A DNA stretch of 64,000 nucleotides, taken from positions 462,555 through 526,554 of the forward strand of contig CAVRSZ010000008.1 of the NCBI GenBank assembly GCA_963723995.1. The letters run 5' to 3'. A model generated the notes under the pieces. That model saw nothing but the letters and a program-made list of their open reading frames with translations. It did no database searches and was not told the origin of the DNA. The position numbers were made by a program, and so were the translations under genes. Of this stretch, positions 34,980 to 44,170 are shown in pieces. The DNA comes from an uncultured Acidimicrobiales bacterium (GTDB lineage: Bacteria; Actinomycetota; Acidimicrobiia; Acidimicrobiales; SZUA-35). Within the stretch, counting starts at the first letter, position 1. Each line of letters starts with the position of its first letter.

Positions 34980-35467
34980 TGTCGGTGCTCCTTGAACTGC
35001 CGTGGCACCGGGTCGAGGGCCACGGTGCGGAACCCGGTGTTGCCGGTGCTGGAATCGGGCTGTTGTGGCCCCGGCCCGCTAGCCGGTACCGGAAACGTCG
35101 CCCTCACGGAGGCTATCGCCCGTCATGACGTCCCGCCGGTTAGGGCCACCTGGTTGTGGTCTACGCCACTCACCCCTTTCATCCAACCGCTTCTGCCGGG
35201 CGGCCACCCTACTTTGGTCGACGTCGCAGGGGTGGCGTCGAGGAAACCGGAAATGGGCCCCATTCGCGCCGGCGGTCCGGTGAACGTCTATCTTTGCCGG
35301 CTAGAGGAAGAAGCGGCACCTCTCTTTCTTATCCCACTCAGACAGGTGAGGTGCCCTCGGTGAGACTGCTCCGAGACCCCGGGTTCGGCCCCACAAGGCA
35401 GAACCCCGATCATGTCCACGCCGATCGTGTCAACCGTCGGTCCAGTTATGAACTGACAAGCGCAGGG

Positions 35468-36310
35468 GTGCGAGTCCTCCAGTTCCGGGCCGTAGCCGCC
35501 TTGATCACCGTCAGCACCGTCTTGCAGCTGCTGTTTCATTGGTTCGGCAACGTGCCGGGACTCCGTTTCGTGTCCTGGTTCTTCTTCGTCGACAGTGAGC
35601 AGACGATTCCTGCCTTCTATTCGACATTGACACTGCTCTGCTGCGCCGCCCTTGTCGCAGTCGTCGGATGGATCATCAAGCCTGTCAATGACGTCTGGGG
35701 ATGGAGGGCTTTGTCGGTAGCGTTCGCTCTGGCCGGGCTGGACGAGAACGCGGCAATCCACGAGAAGGCCATCGAACCGATCCGCAACGGTCTCGCCATC
35801 GACAGCGGTCCGCTGTACTACGCCTGGGTCATCCCCGGCGCCTTGGCGGTGATCCTGCTCGCTGCCGGGTTCTCGGGCTTTCTCCTGCGGTTGCCCGGCG
35901 ACACGCGAACCCGGTATCTCATCGCCGGAGCCCTCTTCGTCGTCGGAGCCATCGGATTCGAGGCGCTTGCTGCCAGCTATGTCTCGGGCGGTATCGAAGT
36001 CGTGGCGCCCGACGTCGATCCTGACGCCGCCCGCTCCGGGCTCCTCTACATGCTTCTCGCCACGATCGAGGAGGCGCTGGAGATGGTGGGGGCGGCCATG
36101 TTCCTGACCGCCACGGTGGCGCATATGGAGAACCACCTCGGCCGCCGGCTGTCGTTCCGCGTGTTGGCGATCACGCAGCCGGCACCAAATCGGCGGGCGC
36201 CTTTGTTCGAACCGGCCGACGTCTCGGGGAACGGCGGTACGAGGCCGGAGCTCGAGTGGTTGTCAGGCCGCGTCCGCAGCGGCAGCGCCGTCGACGGATA
36301 CCGGGTTTGA
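35468..36310 (+). CDS. integral membrane protein, unknown function
   Basis: 6-7 hydrophobic segments. The GTG start at 35468 was chosen because the upstream part of the ORF is not protein-like. Confidence 0.5.
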   Translation: MRVLQFRAVAALITVSTVLQLLFHWFGNVPGLRFVSWFFFVDSEQTIPAFYSTLTLLCCAALVAVVGWIIKPVNDVWGWRALSVAFALAGLDENAAIHEKAIEPIRNGLAIDSGPLYYAWVIPGALAVILLAAGFSGFLLRLPGDTRTRYLIAGALFVVGAIGFEALAASYVSGGIEVVAPDVDPDAARSGLLYMLLATIEEALEMVGAAMFLTATVAHMENHLGRRLSFRVLAITQPAPNRRAPLFEPADVSGNGGTRPELEWLSGRVRSGSAVDGYRV

Positions 36311-36466
36311 ACAATCGCAGAATCTCCTTCTGATCCACGGCTTTGATCCACGGCGGCGAGGTTCACTAGGGTGGGACAACCATCGCCAAGGGGGGCAGCG
36401 ATGGTGGCCGAGCCCGTACCGTCAGTCCGGTTCGGTCGTGACCATCGAATCGAAGGGGGCCGAATC

Positions 36467-38005
36467 ATGGCCAAAGTACGAATCGTTCTGATGACCCTGC
36501 TCGCCGTGCTGGCCATGGTGACCTCGGCGGTGGCTCCGGCCGCGGCTGCCCCGTCGGGCGATGATCCGGCCGAGCTTTGCACCGAGCTACTCCGGGGAAG
36601 AAGTGGCCGGGTCGGCGAGGTCGAGGTGGTCGCCGCCTCCCCCGACCTACCCGAGTACTGCCGGGTGGTCGGCACCCTGTCCACGGCCATCAACTACGAG
36701 GTTCGTCTGCCCACCACCACATGGAACGGCAAGTTCTACATGACCGGCTGCGGCGGGTTCTGCGGCGACGTGAACGCCGACGCCTGCAACGCCGCCCTGG
36801 CCCGAGGATACGCCATCGCCGCCACCGACGGCGGCCACAGCGGTAGTGCCCTTGACGGCTCATGGGGTCTCGACAACCGCCAGGCCGAGATCGACTGGGC
36901 GTCAAGGGCCGTGCACCTCGTGGCCGGCAACACCAAGCGGCTGATCCGCTCTTACTACGGCGAGGCCCCTGCCTACTCCTACTTCTCCGGTTGTTCCGGC
37001 GGTGGTCGGGAGGCCCTCATGTCGGCCCAAACCCACCCCAACGACTTCGACGGCATCATCGCCGGCGCCCCGGCCAACTACCAGGCTTATCTGGCCGGTG
37101 TGTCCCAGACCTGGATCGAGCAGGCCCAGTTCGACGACGCCGGGAACCGTATCTTCGGCACGGACAAGCTCGGCCTCATCGGCGCCGCTGTCTACGACGC
37201 CTGTGACGGCATCGACGGCCTGGTCGACGGCCAGATCGACGACCCCCGCAACTGCGATGTGGGTGCGGTTTTGGCCTCGCTGGCCTGCGACCCGGGAGCC
37301 GACGGGCCGGACTGCCTCACCGCCGAGGAAGCCGGGGCCGTGGCCAAGATCTACGACAGTCCCCGCAACAGCGCCGGTGACGTCCTGTACCCGGGTGGCT
37401 TGCCTGCGGGGTCGGAGGAGCTGTGGTTCTTCATCAGTGTCGGCTTCGGCGACAACCTGTCCATCGGCGGCAGCTTCGCCCAGGAGTACCACCGCTACCT
37501 GGCCTACACCAGGGACCCGGGTGAAAAGTTCTCGCTGTTCGACTTCGACTTCGACACCGACGTCAAGAAGCTCAACCCCATGGCCAGGATCTACAACGCC
37601 ACCAGTCCCAACCTCGGTGGGTTCAAGGCCAACGGTGGCAAGCTTCTGCTGTACCACGGCTATGCCGACCAGCTCATCACCCCCTACGGCACCATCGCCT
37701 ACTTCGAGAGTGTGGTGGACAAGATGGGTGGGCCCGAGGCCACGGCCGAGTTCGCCCGCCTGTTCCTGCTACCGGGCATGGGCCATTGCGGTGGTGGTCC
37801 GGGACCGAATGTGGTCGACTACCTGACGGCCATGGAGAACTGGGTGGAGAACGGGGTGGCGCCCAATGAGCTGATCGCCTCCCGATTCGCCGCCGATGGC
37901 ACCGTTGACCGGACCCGGCCCGTCTATCCCTACCCGCTCGTGGCCCGCTACGACGGTTCGGGCAGTATCGACGACGATGCCAATTTCAGCCCCGTCACCC
38001 CGTAG
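36467..38005 (+). CDS. tannase / feruloyl esterase family secreted hydrolase
   Basis: Signal peptide MAKVRIVLMTLLAVLAMVTSAVAPAAAA, plus FSGCSGGGREAL (GCSxGG nucleophile motif) and LPGMGHCGGG. Confidence 0.8.
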   Translation: MAKVRIVLMTLLAVLAMVTSAVAPAAAAPSGDDPAELCTELLRGRSGRVGEVEVVAASPDLPEYCRVVGTLSTAINYEVRLPTTTWNGKFYMTGCGGFCGDVNADACNAALARGYAIAATDGGHSGSALDGSWGLDNRQAEIDWASRAVHLVAGNTKRLIRSYYGEAPAYSYFSGCSGGGREALMSAQTHPNDFDGIIAGAPANYQAYLAGVSQTWIEQAQFDDAGNRIFGTDKLGLIGAAVYDACDGIDGLVDGQIDDPRNCDVGAVLASLACDPGADGPDCLTAEEAGAVAKIYDSPRNSAGDVLYPGGLPAGSEELWFFISVGFGDNLSIGGSFAQEYHRYLAYTRDPGEKFSLFDFDFDTDVKKLNPMARIYNATSPNLGGFKANGGKLLLYHGYADQLITPYGTIAYFESVVDKMGGPEATAEFARLFLLPGMGHCGGGPGPNVVDYLTAMENWVENGVAPNELIASRFAADGTVDRTRPVYPYPLVARYDGSGSIDDDANFSPVTP

Positions 38006-38142
38006 GCGACGGATGCCACAGACGATCCGGCACCGAGCGCCACCGACGCTCACTGACCTGTCCCCGTCCCATAGTCGAGTTGAAATGGAGGCATTTTGGA
38101 CGCCGACAGCGACAGCGTAATCAGTGTCCTACACTGACGGTC

Positions 38143-38310
38143 ATGGCGGAAACCAAACCCGACTCCGGAGACATCGTCGTCTTCATCGAACGGTCACAAC
38201 TCTCGCCGGCCCAACGGGCTGCGTTCGAGCAGATGCACGCCGAGATGGAAGCGGACCGAGCGGCCGAAAACGAAACCGAACAAGCGGGCCGGACCCTGAC
38301 AGCCAGCTGA
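38143..38310 (+). CDS. small hypothetical protein (55 aa), possible antitoxin-like partner
   Basis: MAETKPDSGDIVVFIERSQLSPAQRAAFEQMH...; it is preceded by the 7-bp-arm palindrome TCAGTGT-CCT-ACACTGA (38121-38137). Confidence 0.4.
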   Translation: MAETKPDSGDIVVFIERSQLSPAQRAAFEQMHAEMEADRAAENETEQAGRTLTAS

Positions 38311-38314
38311 GTTC

Positions 38315-38614
38315 ATGAGTCGACCGGTGCGGGTAGACCCGAGTTTCTACTCGCACCTCCACCTGGCACTGAGCGACTTCGACGATTCGGTGGAGGCCGA
38401 GGTCGAATTCGTCGGCCGACACCTCACCACCGTTGAAGAAGCGTTCGCCAGTCAATGGGACACCTTGCCGCGATCAGCCGGCGACACCACGGTTCGGTGG
38501 GTTGACGGCGCATTGACCACCATCCCTGCACTGTTCTCGGTCCAGGGGCGGCTGGCCGGCGACGGGGTGATCGAGCTGTGCAACATCCGCATTGTGGTAG
38601 ACCCCGGCAGCTGA
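38315..38614 (+). CDS. small hypothetical protein (99 aa), possible toxin-like partner
   Basis: It starts 4 nt after the previous stop. The C-terminal ..ALFSVQGRLAGDGVIELCNIRI is reminiscent of RelE/ParE-fold endings, but this is not diagnostic. Confidence 0.4.
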   Translation: MSRPVRVDPSFYSHLHLALSDFDDSVEAEVEFVGRHLTTVEEAFASQWDTLPRSAGDTTVRWVDGALTTIPALFSVQGRLAGDGVIELCNIRIVVDPGS

Positions 38615-38664
38615 GTCACGCCGGCGGCCGCCTGGACTTCGCTCTCACCCTGCCTCGCCGTCGA

Positions 38665-39615
38665 TTAATCCAGTTCCAGCGCGGCAGCCAGGCGACGGTA
38701 GCCGGCGAGTTCATCGTCGGGGCCTTCGCCCACGACCTGCACGCAGACGTGGTCGGCCCCGGCGTCAAGGTGGGCCTGGATCCGGCGTGCGGCGTCGGAC
38801 TCGTCGCCCACGGCCAGGGCGGCGTCGATGAGTCGGTCACTGATCCCGCCGGTGAAGTCCGACTCGTCGAACCCGAGCCGCAGGAAATGGCGCTGGTAGT
38901 TGGGCCAGGCCAGGTAACGGGCCAGATTCGACCGGGCCAGTTCACGAGCGGCATCGCCCGAGCCCAACAGCACGCCCTGTTCCACCGCCAACAGCTTGTT
39001 CGGCCCCAGGGCGACCCGGGCCGTGGCCGTGTGTTCCGGCGGGGCCAGGAAGGGATGGGCCCCGTCGCTCAGTTCGGCTGCGGTGGCCAGCATGCGGGGT
39101 CCGAGGGCGGCGATCACAACCGGCGGTTGCCACACCGGGCCGTGGCCGTCGAAGCCGGCTGCGGCCATGTGCCGCAGGTATCCTTCCATGACGCTCACCG
39201 GCGCCCGATACTCGTGGCCCCGGGCTTCGGCCGTTCTGCGGTGGCTGATGCCGACGCCGAGCAGGAAGCGCTCGGGATGGGCGTCGCCGATGGTGCGGCC
39301 CGAGTTCATCATGGCCGCTGCATCACGGGCCCAGATGTTGGCGATGCCGGTGGCCACGGTGATGGACCGGGTGGCCCCCAGCAGTACGGCCGAGAAGGTG
39401 AGCACGTCCTTGCCGAACGGCGATTCCGGGATCCACACCGAGCGGTAGCCCAGCTCCTCCAACTCGGTCACCGTCTCGACGGCCTGGCCCGTCGGCCGGT
39501 GCTGCAGCCGCCCGCTCCAGGCCCCGATCCGGCCCAGCGGGGGCCGGCTCGTTCCCGTCAGCGGGTTCGGGGTTTCGTCGGGGCTCTGAGTCCCGGTGTC
39601 GGCGGTGTCAGCCAC
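38665..39615 (-). CDS. luciferase-like monooxygenase (LLM) family, probably an F420-dependent oxidoreductase
   Basis: ...ELGYRSVWIPES...LGVGISH...AALGPRMLATAAELSDGAHP... pattern; the GTG start at 39615 overlaps the upstream stop. Confidence 0.7.
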   Translation of the reverse strand: MADTADTGTQSPDETPNPLTGTSRPPLGRIGAWSGRLQHRPTGQAVETVTELEELGYRSVWIPESPFGKDVLTFSAVLLGATRSITVATGIANIWARDAAAMMNSGRTIGDAHPERFLLGVGISHRRTAEARGHEYRAPVSVMEGYLRHMAAAGFDGHGPVWQPPVVIAALGPRMLATAAELSDGAHPFLAPPEHTATARVALGPNKLLAVEQGVLLGSGDAARELARSNLARYLAWPNYQRHFLRLGFDESDFTGGISDRLIDAALAVGDESDAARRIQAHLDAGADHVCVQVVGEGPDDELAGYRRLAAALELD

Positions 39616-41005
39616 CGGTGATCGCCTTCCCCGCCAGATAGCCGAGGCCGAGGGCCGACAGCAGCCCGTTGCCCGACAGATAGCCGGTGGCCCCGTGACC
39701 GGAGATCCCGGCCGCTGCACCGCCGGCGGCGTAAAGGCCGGCAATGGGCTTGCTGTCCCGAAGCACGTTGGCGTGGCCGTCGACGGTGAGACCGCCCTGG
39801 GTATGGAACAGGGCCCCGGTCACCTTCACCGCGGCGTAGGGGGCGTTTAGTGCGCGGGGCCACGTGGTGCGGCCCAACGGGTCGGTGCCGGTGCCGGCCA
39901 CGTACTCTGCGGTCAGCGACAGGGTTCGGGCCACGGCCGACTCCTCGCACCCGATCAGGGCGGCCAGACCGGCGGCGTCGTCGGCCCAGCGAATCCCGTC
40001 GGCCTCGATCAACTGCTGATAGTCGGCGAACGGCAGGGCGGCCTCGTGCACCGCCCGGTCGTAGATGATCCAGGCCACGGCCTCGGGTTGGGCGATCACT
40101 TGGACCGCGAACTCGGAGTAGCCGGTGGTCTCGTTACCGAACCGTTCCCCGTTGACGTTGACCAGGAAGGCGCCGTTCATCATGGTGGTCCAGGTCACCA
40201 GCACCCCGTGCGGGGTGGCCACCGAACCGTGTCCCTGGTAGGCGTCGAGGAAGGCGGTGTCGGCCCCCAACTTCTCGCCGATTCGAATGGCGTCACCCAG
40301 GCTGTGGTCGCCGCCGAAGTAGAGACCGTCGACCACCTCCGGTATGTAGCGGGCCACCATCTCGGTGTTGGCCCCGAACCCGTTGGTGGCCAGCACCACG
40401 GCACCGGCCGCGATCTCCTGGGTGGTCCCGTCGGGCGACTCGGCGGTCACCAGCCACCCGTGGCCGGAGTCGAGTTCGACCGGGACCAGGTCGGTCACCC
40501 GCCACGGCATGACCATGGTGATGCCGGGACGCTTGTCGGCCGCCTCCAGCAGGTGGCGGTGCAGGGTCCGTCCGGCCCGGTCGTGCACACAGAGATGACG
40601 TTTGCGGGAGTGGCCGGGGAAGGTCACGTCGGCCGCCAATTCCAGCGGTATCTCGCAGTCGTCGGCCAGGAAGTCGGCCAGTTCCACACCGACGTCGACC
40701 AGGGCCCGCGCCACCACCGGGTCGGCCTGGTTCTTGGTCTTGGTCATGATGTCGTCGTAGAGCACCTCGGTGGTGTCGTCGTCGATGCCGAGATCGTGCT
40801 GCCAGCGGCTGCCGGCCACTGGAATCATCGAGGTGCTCATCGAGGTATTCGATCCCTGGCGGAACGTGGAACTGGCCTCCAATAGGGCAACCGTGGCGCC
40901 CCCGTCGGCGGCTCGGATGGCGGCGGCCAAACCGGCCGCTCCCGCTCCGGCCACCACTACGTCTGTGTCCTTCTCCCGGCGAGTCATGTCCAGACGGTAG
41001 TCCAC
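39608..41005 (-). CDS. FAD-dependent oxidoreductase (fumarate reductase / KstD-like flavoprotein)
   Basis: DVVVAGAGAAGLAAA dinucleotide-binding motif, and C-terminal GLYAAGGAAAGISGHGATGYLSGNGL. Confidence 0.75.
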   Translation of the reverse strand: MDYRLDMTRREKDTDVVVAGAGAAGLAAAIRAADGGATVALLEASSTFRQGSNTSMSTSMIPVAGSRWQHDLGIDDDTTEVLYDDIMTKTKNQADPVVARALVDVGVELADFLADDCEIPLELAADVTFPGHSRKRHLCVHDRAGRTLHRHLLEAADKRPGITMVMPWRVTDLVPVELDSGHGWLVTAESPDGTTQEIAAGAVVLATNGFGANTEMVARYIPEVVDGLYFGGDHSLGDAIRIGEKLGADTAFLDAYQGHGSVATPHGVLVTWTTMMNGAFLVNVNGERFGNETTGYSEFAVQVIAQPEAVAWIIYDRAVHEAALPFADYQQLIEADGIRWADDAAGLAALIGCEESAVARTLSLTAEYVAGTGTDPLGRTTWPRALNAPYAAVKVTGALFHTQGGLTVDGHANVLRDSKPIAGLYAAGGAAAGISGHGATGYLSGNGLLSALGLGYLAGKAITGG

Positions 41006-41061
41006 GGTTCGAGGCCATCGTCAATGCGACAGCGGCCAGGGTCCTCAGTTACTGTCGCCTC

Positions 41062-41853
41062 ATGACCAGGATTCTCGTGCTGGCACCGTTCCCCCTGGAC
41101 GAGGACCAGCTTGCGCTGCGGCGAAACCAGTTGGACGCCGCGCCGCTGCCCGATGGGGTGGTGGTGGACTTCAAACCGACCAGGGCGGCGCCGGCCAACT
41201 ATGTGTCCTACCACGACTATGTCCTGGCCGACCTGTCGCTGTTCGAGTCGGGGATGCAGGCTCAGGCCGACGGCTATGATGCCGTCTGCATCGACACGGT
41301 CAGCGACTCCGGGGTCAACGCCCTACGGTCGATGCTCGACATCCCCGTGGTCGGCCCCGGTCGGAGCCAGTACGTTATCGCCGCCATGCTGGGCCGCCGC
41401 TTCGGCATCGTCACCATGTGGAAGCAGTGGTTTCCGCTCTATGAGAAGATCCTGGCCGAGATCGGGCTGGCCGATCGCTGCGCCGGCATTCGCTCCATCG
41501 ACGTCACTCCCGACAACCGCACTCTGATGGCGGGCAAGGATCACGCCCTGCCCCTGCTGCTGGAGGCGGCCCGGGCCCTGGTCGACACCGACGGGGCCGA
41601 CGTGATCTGCCTCGGCTCCACCACCATGCACGAGGCCCACGCCTTTCTCCGGGACAACCTGGAGGTGCCGGTCATCAACCCCGGACCGCTGTCGTACTTC
41701 ATCGCCGAAGCCCTGGCCGACCTCGGCCTGGCCCATAGCCCGACTGCCTACCCGCCACCCCAGGTGCCGAAACCCGAGATGATCCATGCCATGCTCGAGG
41801 CGGCGGCTGCAGCTGAGAGCGCCGACCGTGGCAACGACGAAGGAGCGCAATGA
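41062..41853 (+). CDS. Asp/Glu/hydantoin racemase family protein (paralog 1)
   Basis: MTRILVLAPF..., AVCIDTVSDSG and VICLGSTTMH, the two Cys-containing motifs. Confidence 0.7.
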   Translation: MTRILVLAPFPLDEDQLALRRNQLDAAPLPDGVVVDFKPTRAAPANYVSYHDYVLADLSLFESGMQAQADGYDAVCIDTVSDSGVNALRSMLDIPVVGPGRSQYVIAAMLGRRFGIVTMWKQWFPLYEKILAEIGLADRCAGIRSIDVTPDNRTLMAGKDHALPLLLEAARALVDTDGADVICLGSTTMHEAHAFLRDNLEVPVINPGPLSYFIAEALADLGLAHSPTAYPPPQVPKPEMIHAMLEAAAAAESADRGNDEGAQ

Positions 41854-42614
41854 CCAGGATCCTCGTGCTCGTTCCCTTCGCCCTCGACGACGAGCAGATC
41901 GCCAACCGTTCGGCCCAGACACGGGAGATCACCCTCGGTCCCGACGTCGGCTTCCACTACAAAGCGGTGACGGCCGGGCCCACCAGTTTCACCAGCCCCC
42001 ACGACTGGTTGCTGCTCGACATCGGTCTGTTCGAGGCCGGCTCGAGCGCCGAGGCCGACGGGTTCGACGCCGTGGTCATCGACACCGTCTCCGACTCAGG
42101 GGCCGACGCCCTGCGCTCGGTCTTGGACATCCCGGTGCTGGCCCCCGGTCGAGCCTCGCTGCTGTTCTCCCTCACCCTGGGCCGCCGGTTCGGTGTGCTG
42201 GCTCAATGGCAGCCCGCTCTGGCCCGCTACGAGAAGGTGCTGGACGAGTGGGGTCTGCGATCCCGGTGCGCCGGGGTCGACCATTTCGACACCCCACCCG
42301 ACTTCGCCAACCTGCTGACCGGCAAGGAGGACGCGGTGCTGCCCAAGATGGAGGCGGCGTGCCGGCGTCTCGTTGATCGGGGCGCCGATGTCATCTGCCT
42401 CGGTTCGACCACCATGCACCAAGCCCATGGCCATCTGTCGTCGGTGCTGGACGTGCCGGTGGTGAACCCGGGGCCGCTGTCGTACAAGTTGATCCAGATG
42501 ATGATGGCGCTGGGCCTGAGCCAGAGCCGCAGGGCCTATCCCCGACCCCAGGTGCCGAAGACCGACATGATCCATGCCATGCTGGCTGGCGCCGGGGAGG
42601 TGCAGGATGATTGA
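41850..42614 (+). CDS. Asp/Glu/hydantoin racemase family protein (paralog 2)
   Basis: MTRILVLVPF..., AVVIDTVSDSG and VICLGSTTMH. It has an ATGA overlap with paralog 1. Confidence 0.7.
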   Translation: MTRILVLVPFALDDEQIANRSAQTREITLGPDVGFHYKAVTAGPTSFTSPHDWLLLDIGLFEAGSSAEADGFDAVVIDTVSDSGADALRSVLDIPVLAPGRASLLFSLTLGRRFGVLAQWQPALARYEKVLDEWGLRSRCAGVDHFDTPPDFANLLTGKEDAVLPKMEAACRRLVDRGADVICLGSTTMHQAHGHLSSVLDVPVVNPGPLSYKLIQMMMALGLSQSRRAYPRPQVPKTDMIHAMLAGAGEVQDD

Positions 42615-43035
42615 CCAAACCGACCCGGTTGAGCAGGTGACGACCTTTCTCCGACTGATGGAGGCCCGGGATCTGGACGCCGCCGGCCGCTACCTGGCCG
42701 ACGGCGTCACCATCACCTTCCCCGGTGGTCGGACCTTCACCAACCTGGCCGACCAGGTGGCGTCGTCGGCCGGCCGGTTCCGGGGTGTGACCAAGACCTT
42801 CGACCAGTTCGATGTGGTGGAGCGAGCCGCCGGAGGCCAAGGCGGGGCGGGCATGGAGCATGTGGTCTACGTGTTCGGCACCCTGGCCGGGACCGCCCTC
42901 GACGGCACCGCCTTCGATGACGTGCGCTACATCGATCGGTTCGTGATCCGCAACGGCCTCATCGCCGAGCAGCGGGTGTGGAACGACCTGGCCGAATCCG
43001 GCGTGCTGTCAACAGCCGGCCGTGCGACAGAGTAG
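42607..43035 (+). CDS. SnoaL/NTF2-like small protein
   Basis: 142 aa; VEQVTTFLRLMEARDLDAAGRYLADGVTITFPGG...IAEQRVWND; its start overlaps the previous gene. Confidence 0.6.
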   Translation: MIDQTDPVEQVTTFLRLMEARDLDAAGRYLADGVTITFPGGRTFTNLADQVASSAGRFRGVTKTFDQFDVVERAAGGQGGAGMEHVVYVFGTLAGTALDGTAFDDVRYIDRFVIRNGLIAEQRVWNDLAESGVLSTAGRATE

Positions 43036-43055
43036 CGGGTTCGGAGAATCAGCCC

Positions 43056-43946
43056 TCACTCACGTCCCCCGGACTCCAGATCCCGGAATGCCTCATCCAT
43101 GCGCCGGGTCATCCACGGCCACGGCTTGGGCTCGACGTTCCGGACGATCTTGCGCACGAACCCCTCGGTGTTGTCGATCTTCGGCCGGACCGCCGGTGTC
43201 ACGTCCTTGTTGTGAGCCACGAACGAGGAGTAGACGTACTCCCGGAGGTCCGACGGGAGACCTTCGAAGGAGCGCATGGGCAGGTTGACCCAGTTCACCA
43301 TCAACCCCGTCTCGACCCGCTCGCCCTTCTTCGGGATGAGAAAGCTGACGCAGAGCTGGTCGAGCATCGCCCGTACCGACTCCTCGAACTCTGCGTCCAC
43401 GGCATGCTGCTTCATCCGGTCGTACAGCCGCTCCACACTTGGCGCCAGCACGCAGCCGCTCAAGTCGAGACTCTCCGAATGTTGGTAGGCATCGATGATT
43501 GGCTGACCGGCGAAGTAGGTGTCCTGGATGAAGAACTCACCGAACGAGACGCACCCACGGAGCGGCAGGCCGACGTCGAACATCTGCCGAAGCAGGACGG
43601 CGCACACCTCGACGAACCCCACGAGCCTCGGTGCCCAGTCGAAGATGTCCCGATCGATCTTCAGCGGCAGGCTCACCAGGATGCTGTCGGAGAACAGGAG
43701 CCAGTCCATCTCGTCGCGCACCAGGGCCTGGAAGTAGCGTGAGAACTCGGGCCATGATGCGAGGTCGTCGGCTCGCTCCAGGCCCTGGTCGACCAGCACC
43801 CCGGCGACGACGTTGTCCGGCACCTCCGAGAGCACGTCCACCACGATCTGAGCGGTGCTGGAAACGTCGTTGGCAAGCAGCATCTGCTGGTACCCGAGGA
43901 TGTCGAAGAAGCCGACCAAGCCAGTCTTCGCTTCTACATCGACCAT
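43056..43946 (-). CDS. stand-alone class III nucleotidyl-cyclase-like (GGDEF/cyclase fold) protein
   Basis: Ordered motifs LVGFFDILGYQQM (metal Asp), WLLFSDSILVSLP (second Asp) and LPLRGCVSFGEFF...FAGQPIIDAYQHSES mirror the fvFtDIvGF / GDa..a.F / RiGih.G....G..VN.A.R layout of class III cyclases. Confidence 0.55.
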   Translation of the reverse strand: MVDVEAKTGLVGFFDILGYQQMLLANDVSSTAQIVVDVLSEVPDNVVAGVLVDQGLERADDLASWPEFSRYFQALVRDEMDWLLFSDSILVSLPLKIDRDIFDWAPRLVGFVEVCAVLLRQMFDVGLPLRGCVSFGEFFIQDTYFAGQPIIDAYQHSESLDLSGCVLAPSVERLYDRMKQHAVDAEFEESVRAMLDQLCVSFLIPKKGERVETGLMVNWVNLPMRSFEGLPSDLREYVYSSFVAHNKDVTPAVRPKIDNTEGFVRKIVRNVEPKPWPWMTRRMDEAFRDLESGGRE

Positions 43947-44069
43947 GGCGCCCTCCCGTCTCGACAGGCTCGATCATACGGCCCTCGGCACTCCCGAAGC
44001 ACCATCGACCGCCCTGCACGTGTGCGGGCGGTTGGTCTACGCAGACAGGCGTGTCCGAGCCTCTGGTTA

Positions 44070-44170
44070 TTACGACACCGTTCGTGACCCGGGACAGCCT
44101 CATCCTCGATCAACGGGTCTGGAACGACCTGGTCGCGTCCGGGGGCTTTGTCCCCAGCGTCGGCCGGCAC
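44070..44170 (+). pseudogene. 3' remnant of a second SnoaL-like paralog
   Basis: PFVTRDSLILDQRVWNDLVASGG aligns with RFVIRNGLIAEQRVWNDLAESGV at 42946-43015, about three quarters nucleotide identity by eye. No upstream part of the gene is present. Confidence 0.5.

Noticed and set aside
43056-43946. Compositional (low-GC) evidence that the cyclase-like gene is foreign
   Set aside because: Hand counts on two lines gave about 62-63% GC, only marginally below the background. That is not enough to claim atypical composition.
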